Assembly (NCBI GenBank): GCA_050014195.1
Contig: JBEKDT010000001.1
Coordinates: forward strand, 149,341-213,340
From: Desulfomonilia bacterium
GTDB lineage: Bacteria > Desulfobacterota > Desulfomonilia > UBA1062
Direction: 5' to 3'
Length of the DNA stretch: 64,000 nt
A program made the translations under genes and the position numbers. Below are positions 59,306-64,000 of the stretch, one piece after another. Numbering within the stretch: position 1 is the stretch's first letter; every line of letters starts with the position of its first letter. A model generated the notes under the pieces. It saw nothing but the letters and a program-made list of their open reading frames with translations. It did no database searches and was not told where the DNA came from.

Positions 59306-60256
59306 TTATGGACGGTTTTGATCACAGAGAGCCAGCACCCTGTCTACAAAATGGTGAAAGGTGTTGTGCTCATGCACATACCGATAACCCTGATCAGCTA
59401 TTCTCTCGCGTTCTTTAGGTTTTGCAAGAAATTCCTTAACGAGATCGATACATTCATCTTCACTTTTATACCACACAAGGTGCTCACGATTCGTATAAAA
59501 CTTCTCCATTCCTGGGACATAATTCGTTAAGAGAAATCCGCCACACCCCAATGTAAACGGAAGACGGCTGGACCAGTATCCATAAAGAGAACTTGTATTA
59601 TCTGCACCGAGTACGATCTTAGTGCCACCGCATACCAAAGAATAGCTTCGGGGATATATATTCTTCAGGGTAGCCTTCTTGTTAATCAACTCCCAATTCT
59701 TCCCATAAACTCTTACATTACAGATCTCATCGAGTCTCTGTATAAGATCTACTCTGGATTCGTTCTCTCTTGCGGCGCCTATAAATGCCACATCAGATTT
59801 CCATATCGGCAGAATCGGATGTCTCCTTCGGTGTACATACCTGTCACAGGCATTGATGATGTATACGGGATTCTTTACTCCTGCTTTACGATATTCTTCG
59901 AGCACCCCTTCTGCAGTCACCAAGAAAATATCAACCAATTTCCCCCGCTCAAAGACGTCAGGGAGAATGCTCGTAACCCAAGGGTCTTCAAAAAACATAA
60001 CCGTCTTTATCGGCCCCCCCGAGATTTGTTTCAGCACAGAGAAAGGTATATCTTGGGAATTAATGAATACGATATCGGGGTTAAAAGATTCTATCTGATC
60101 CAACATGTAAGCATCGGCATTCTTTCCCTTCCGGCGAAGAACCCTTGGAGTTTTTAACCATAAAATTTCATGTCCTCTTTCTATAAACGCACGCTCTAGG
60201 TACCTTATTTTGCCTGTTTTACTTCTTGATTTTGAGAAGATGAATACTTTAGACAT
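59306..60256 (-). CDS. CgeB/DUF3880-like glycosyltransferase
   Basis: C-terminal Glyco_trans_1_2-like region (SSRLPFTLGCGGFLLTN...). Confidence 0.5.
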   Translation of the reverse strand: MSKVFIFSKSRSKTGKIRYLERAFIERGHEILWLKTPRVLRRKGKNADAYMLDQIESFNPDIVFINSQDIPFSVLKQISGGPIKTVMFFEDPWVTSILPDVFERGKLVDIFLVTAEGVLEEYRKAGVKNPVYIINACDRYVHRRRHPILPIWKSDVAFIGAARENESRVDLIQRLDEICNVRVYGKNWELINKKATLKNIYPRSYSLVCGGTKIVLGADNTSSLYGYWSSRLPFTLGCGGFLLTNYVPGMEKFYTNREHLVWYKSEDECIDLVKEFLAKPKERERIADQGYRYVHEHNTFHHFVDRVLALCDQNRP

Positions 60257-60298
60257 ACCTTAATCCTTTGGATACTTTAGTTTAATCTATAAATTTAT

Positions 60299-61279
60299 TT
60301 ACTTACACAATTCCTTCATTTCTCTCAGAAGTATGATAGATAAATCATCAAGCCAAAAATTTAGCTTATTATTATTTATAGATGAGCGAATTTTATATAT
60401 TTCACCAAGAGATGCTAAAGCAAAAATGAATCCTGCTATAAATGGGATATCCAGCCGTATGATCCTACCAATAAACCTAGGTAACAGCCAAGGGATATGG
60501 GAAAAGAAGATTTTCCTCTTTGAGAGATGAAGCCATAAGTATATAAATTTATTTCTCTTACTTATTGTTTTTATCCTTAGATAAGAAAAGAACCTATTTA
60601 TTGTACTATGATGATCGTGGATCACACTGCTACTGGGCTCACAGTATGTCTTCCACCCCTTTTCCCAGGCACGCAAACAGAGATCCGCATCTTCATGATA
60701 AAATGGCTTATACAAGCTTAAGAATCCATTTAACTCCATAAACATACTCTTGCGGAGAGCCATCGAACCACCTGAAGAGAACATGCTCATTAATGGTTTT
60801 CCTTTACTTTGAGCCTTAAATATATCATCAACACTCATCCTCACATATCGAATGGTACCTCTTTCTATCTTACAAATATTCCATGATACCCCGGATATTA
60901 TCCCATCAGTATTATAAACAAGTGGAGAAACAGAAAAGGTATCTTTGAGATCAAACCACTTCACAAGAGGATTAATAAAATTTTTGTCAGGATAAACATC
61001 CGTATTCAACAAAATAATAATTTCATTTAGAGCGAGCATTATACCCGTGTAAACAGCTTCAGAGAATCCTTTATTGATATCATGACAAACAATTCTAATG
61101 CCTGGGAATTTTTCCTTCAGGAGTAAAACGCTCCCATCCTGCGAAGCATCATCAACGACAATTACCTCCACTCTACCAGGGTACTGTTCAACGGCGTCAT
61201 AAATCTTAGGAAGTGATCTAGGTAATAAATCTTCCCCATTATAATTTGGGATTACTATACTAATAGGGGAATACTTCAT
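60299..61279 (-). CDS. GT2 glycosyltransferase (AT-rich)
   Basis: ISIVIPNYNGEDLL...VIVVDDASQDGS...LLNTD motifs. The gene is ~33% GC. Confidence 0.75.
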   Translation of the reverse strand: MKYSPISIVIPNYNGEDLLPRSLPKIYDAVEQYPGRVEVIVVDDASQDGSVLLLKEKFPGIRIVCHDINKGFSEAVYTGIMLALNEIIILLNTDVYPDKNFINPLVKWFDLKDTFSVSPLVYNTDGIISGVSWNICKIERGTIRYVRMSVDDIFKAQSKGKPLMSMFSSGGSMALRKSMFMELNGFLSLYKPFYHEDADLCLRAWEKGWKTYCEPSSSVIHDHHSTINRFFSYLRIKTISKRNKFIYLWLHLSKRKIFFSHIPWLLPRFIGRIIRLDIPFIAGFIFALASLGEIYKIRSSINNNKLNFWLDDLSIILLREMKELCK

Positions 61280-61414
61280 AACTGATTCAAATTGTTATAC
61301 GAATCATTATTGAGCAATTGATCTGCAAGATTGTTAATGTCACGATCGCCTTAAATTTGGCCGACACCATATCTTATTTGTTTCAGCAAATCTTCCCCGT
61401 TCAAAATCATTGTG

Positions 61415-62632
61415 TTAATCCAAAAGGATCGTATTCTTGACATTGGGTTGTATCAACATTTCTCTATACATTACCATACCCCCCAAAATCAAGGAGAATG
61501 GGTAAAGTGAATTTTTTGAGTAGAAAGGAAATACAATGCTTGCATCCAAGAACCACGCAATGAATACCACTAACAGGCAACAAAGAAATACCCTATCATC
61601 TTTCTTCACCACCTTAATGGTATCTTTGAATAATCTTATAAATAAAAATGATAAAGGCACACAAAGGAGAAAAACACCAAAAATACCATTATCATAAACA
61701 ATCTCTAAGAAAAAATTATGAGGAAAGTTAACCTCATAGCTTGGGTATTTCACAGTTCGATCAATCCCTACGCCATGTCCCCAAACCCACTCTGAAATCT
61801 TATTGTGCTCCAAAATCTTTATTACATCGTTCCATATAAACACTCTTGCTTGTTTATTTATATTAACGAAAAGATCCGACAATCGCATTTCAACCCTCAA
61901 ATCAATACATATAATAAGAAAAAGTAAACTAACGAGGACCAATAAACTAATCCACCTCTTTGTTCCTCTTAGAAACATTATAATACCAAATACACAGCTG
62001 ATCGTTATGCTTATCCAGGCTGCCCTAGAATTTGAAAGAATCAATGTAATAACATTAAGGATTCCGACGATGGAAAAGACAATTTTACTCAGTGACTTTG
62101 ATGTATAAAAAAAATAAAAAACTATTGGAAGCGTCAAAATGCTCGTGCTACCGAGAATATGGGGATTAGAAAATGTTCCATAAGGCATATGGAATAAAAC
62201 ACATGAAACAAACTGGCATATTATAGTAAGGAGCAATAAAACCATAAGAACATATTTTAATAACACCTTTATACTCAGCTGATTATTGATGATAGTAAGA
62301 TAATGAATACTCAGTACAATGCCTAAAAGTTTTAGAACAGTGAATATGGTGCTGATATTTGTATATACCCCTGAAATAAAAAAGCTTGGTATAACAAGAA
62401 AAAGTGTAATGATGACTGTATAAACTATATGTTTATATCTGATTGGGTTGTATGCCCTCATTAAAATTAAAACTACCAGGTTGATATCACACACGATAAG
62501 GCTTGTCCTTACACCTCCAGTGTTTATGACAAAGAAAAATAAAATAAAACTGGCTACTCCCAGAACAAGCAGGATATTTAAAAAGAATACATTCAAATTA
62601 TGTTCTGGCAGATATTTATTTATAAGATTCAT
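61415..62632 (-). CDS. O-antigen ligase/polymerase-like polytopic membrane protein (Wzy/WaaL family)
   Basis: About 10-12 TM helices, a periplasmic loop late in the protein, and the conserved SNSRAAW region. The gene is ~30% GC. Confidence 0.6.
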   Translation of the reverse strand: MNLINKYLPEHNLNVFFLNILLVLGVASFILFFFVINTGGVRTSLIVCDINLVVLILMRAYNPIRYKHIVYTVIITLFLVIPSFFISGVYTNISTIFTVLKLLGIVLSIHYLTIINNQLSIKVLLKYVLMVLLLLTIICQFVSCVLFHMPYGTFSNPHILGSTSILTLPIVFYFFYTSKSLSKIVFSIVGILNVITLILSNSRAAWISITISCVFGIIMFLRGTKRWISLLVLVSLLFLIICIDLRVEMRLSDLFVNINKQARVFIWNDVIKILEHNKISEWVWGHGVGIDRTVKYPSYEVNFPHNFFLEIVYDNGIFGVFLLCVPLSFLFIRLFKDTIKVVKKDDRVFLCCLLVVFIAWFLDASIVFPFYSKNSLYPFSLILGGMVMYREMLIQPNVKNTILLD

Positions 62633-62981
62633 GATTCCTCACTGCGAAGAAATTCCATTTAATGATAATCCTTAAAACCTTCTCATTAGTGAACCGGTGA
62701 TAAAATAATTGAATGGCTGCCATCCACACTTTGCTTGAACCTCTTTGTCTTTGCCTCCAATAGAGCTTCTTGTTCAAGGTGCGTGCAAGGCATACCATTA
62801 TGCAAGGCATGAATCAAGCTCGGTAAAACTCATTTCTCTAGATAACGAGCTTGTAATTTTTCACTAAACAGCATTATTTTTAAGATTCATCAACCATGGG
62901 GATTCAGGGCGCATCTCAAGGCTTTATCTTATCATATAAACAATGGTATAGAGGCACAAATATCATATTAAACAACGTACA

Positions 62982-63944
62982 ATGGATATCCTCTTCATCA
63001 AACTAGGCGCTTTGGGTGATGTGATCAATACGTTGCCTCTGGCCATAACCCTTCATGAACAGCTGCAGGCACGCATACACTGGTTGGTGGAACCTTTGAG
63101 TTATCCGCTTGTATCCTCTCATGCAAGTGTGAATCGTGCCATTCTTTTTGATAAAAAGCGATGGCTTCAGGTCTTCCCGAGTGTATTTAATGAACTAAGG
63201 AGGCAACACTTCGACATCACCCTGGACCTCCAGCGCATCATCAAGTCAGGCCTTTTCTGCATGGCTGCCTACAGTGACAGGAAGATCGGCTTCAATAAGG
63301 CGCGCTGCAAGGAATTCACATGGCTCTATCCTTTTGAACGGATCCCGGTATCTGATCCATCGGTGCACATGGTTTACCAGTACCTCGAATTTGCACGCTA
63401 TCTGGGGATTACCCCAGGCGAAATCAGGTGGGATATCCCCGTCACAGGGAGACTGCCGTTTGATCTCCCCAAGGAATACGTGGTCCTTAACATCGGCGCC
63501 ACTACAAGCGCAAAACGTTGGACAACTCAAGGATTTGCATCACTCGCCCAGGGACTTATGGAGCGTTATGAGGTGCATGCGGTGCTCACAGGCGGTCCTA
63601 CTGATACACCTGTGGCCGGCGGGATAGAATCCATGGCCGGAAACAGCGTTATTAATCTTGTGGGAAAAACAAACATCCAGGAACTCTCAGAGGTAATTGC
63701 AGGTGCTGTTGCCGTAGTTACCTGTGATACCGGGCCCATGCACTTAGCAGTGGCGCTGGGGAAAGAGGTCATTGCGCTGATCGGTCCTACCAATCCGCAG
63801 AGGACAGGCCCTTTAAGGGGAAGGATCATCCGGCAGGATCTGAGCTGTATGCCCTGTAACAAGAGGCGATGCGAAAATCCGATATGTATGGGCGGGATTA
63901 CTGCCGAGATGGTGCTTGATGCGCTTGGAGACGTACTTGGGTGA
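62982..63944 (+). CDS. GT9 ADP-heptose:LPS heptosyltransferase
   Basis: MDILFIKLGALGDVINTLP N-terminus characteristic of GT9. Confidence 0.8.
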   Translation: MDILFIKLGALGDVINTLPLAITLHEQLQARIHWLVEPLSYPLVSSHASVNRAILFDKKRWLQVFPSVFNELRRQHFDITLDLQRIIKSGLFCMAAYSDRKIGFNKARCKEFTWLYPFERIPVSDPSVHMVYQYLEFARYLGITPGEIRWDIPVTGRLPFDLPKEYVVLNIGATTSAKRWTTQGFASLAQGLMERYEVHAVLTGGPTDTPVAGGIESMAGNSVINLVGKTNIQELSEVIAGAVAVVTCDTGPMHLAVALGKEVIALIGPTNPQRTGPLRGRIIRQDLSCMPCNKRRCENPICMGGITAEMVLDALGDVLG

Positions 63945-64000
63945 TTAGTGATGCGTGAACAGATAAAACCCCCAAGGTCGTTTGTTTCAAGCATGAGATC

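Overview
The window is a bacterial chromosomal segment whose core genes run about 50-55% GC. Gene content suggests a Desulfobacterota- or Nitrospirota-like sediment organism (DUF1844-HtrA pair, SpoVG, PilD/PilZ, many REC/GGDEF/HD-GYP regulators), but this cannot be proven from sequence alone. The first ~16.2 kb is an accessory region: a complete chromosomal integron cassette array. A candidate attI at ~60-145 ends in GTTAGGC. It is followed by 22 attC-bounded cassettes, all on the + strand (140-16212). The integrase gene is not in the window; it is expected immediately to the left, or is absent (CALIN). The attC sites share a visible consensus of R'' (RYYYAAC), L'' (CAGCGGACG), L' (GCCGCTGAT) and R' (GTTRRRY). 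For most cassettes the R'' box of the cassette's own attC is the exact reverse complement of the R' box at its 5' junction. That is direct evidence of integrase-mediated cassette excision and insertion. The cassettes vary widely in GC and encode several groups of products. Candidate defence genes include a secreted trypsin-like protease, a 353-aa unknown protein, a second RsgA-type GTPase, an Mrr-like PD-(D/E)xK nuclease and a putative EVE-like-HNH nuclease. Two toxin-antitoxin pairs are present (BrnTA and MazEF), each with its own promoter. Small-molecule enzymes include an Isf-type flavoprotein, a PNPOx-like protein, a Dph6-like PP-loop ATPase, two isochorismatase-family hydrolases, two SAM methyltransferases and a GNAT. 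The distal cassette encodes a FosX-like fosfomycin-resistance protein. From 16.2 kb to 64 kb lies the core genome. It comprises an aminotransferase and engB, then a two-component/c-di-GMP cluster (USP, REC, hybrid HK, HDOD, REC-GGDEF). Next come a J-domain protein, a metallophosphoesterase, a TPR protein, RidA, an HDAC-family gene, DUF1844-htrA, ispE, spoVG, tRNA-Gln, prs and comM. These are followed by doxX/rhodanese, pilD, accA, dnaE, guaB, sppA, rpsA, a LysM protein, a PilZ protein, hpt, a zinc-ribbon protein and an RCK K+ channel with a non-canonical filter. The last stretch holds ruvX, mltG, REC and REC-GAF-HD-GYP, and an LPS core/O-antigen cluster containing an AT-rich sub-block. No CRISPR array, IS element or reverse transcriptase was seen.
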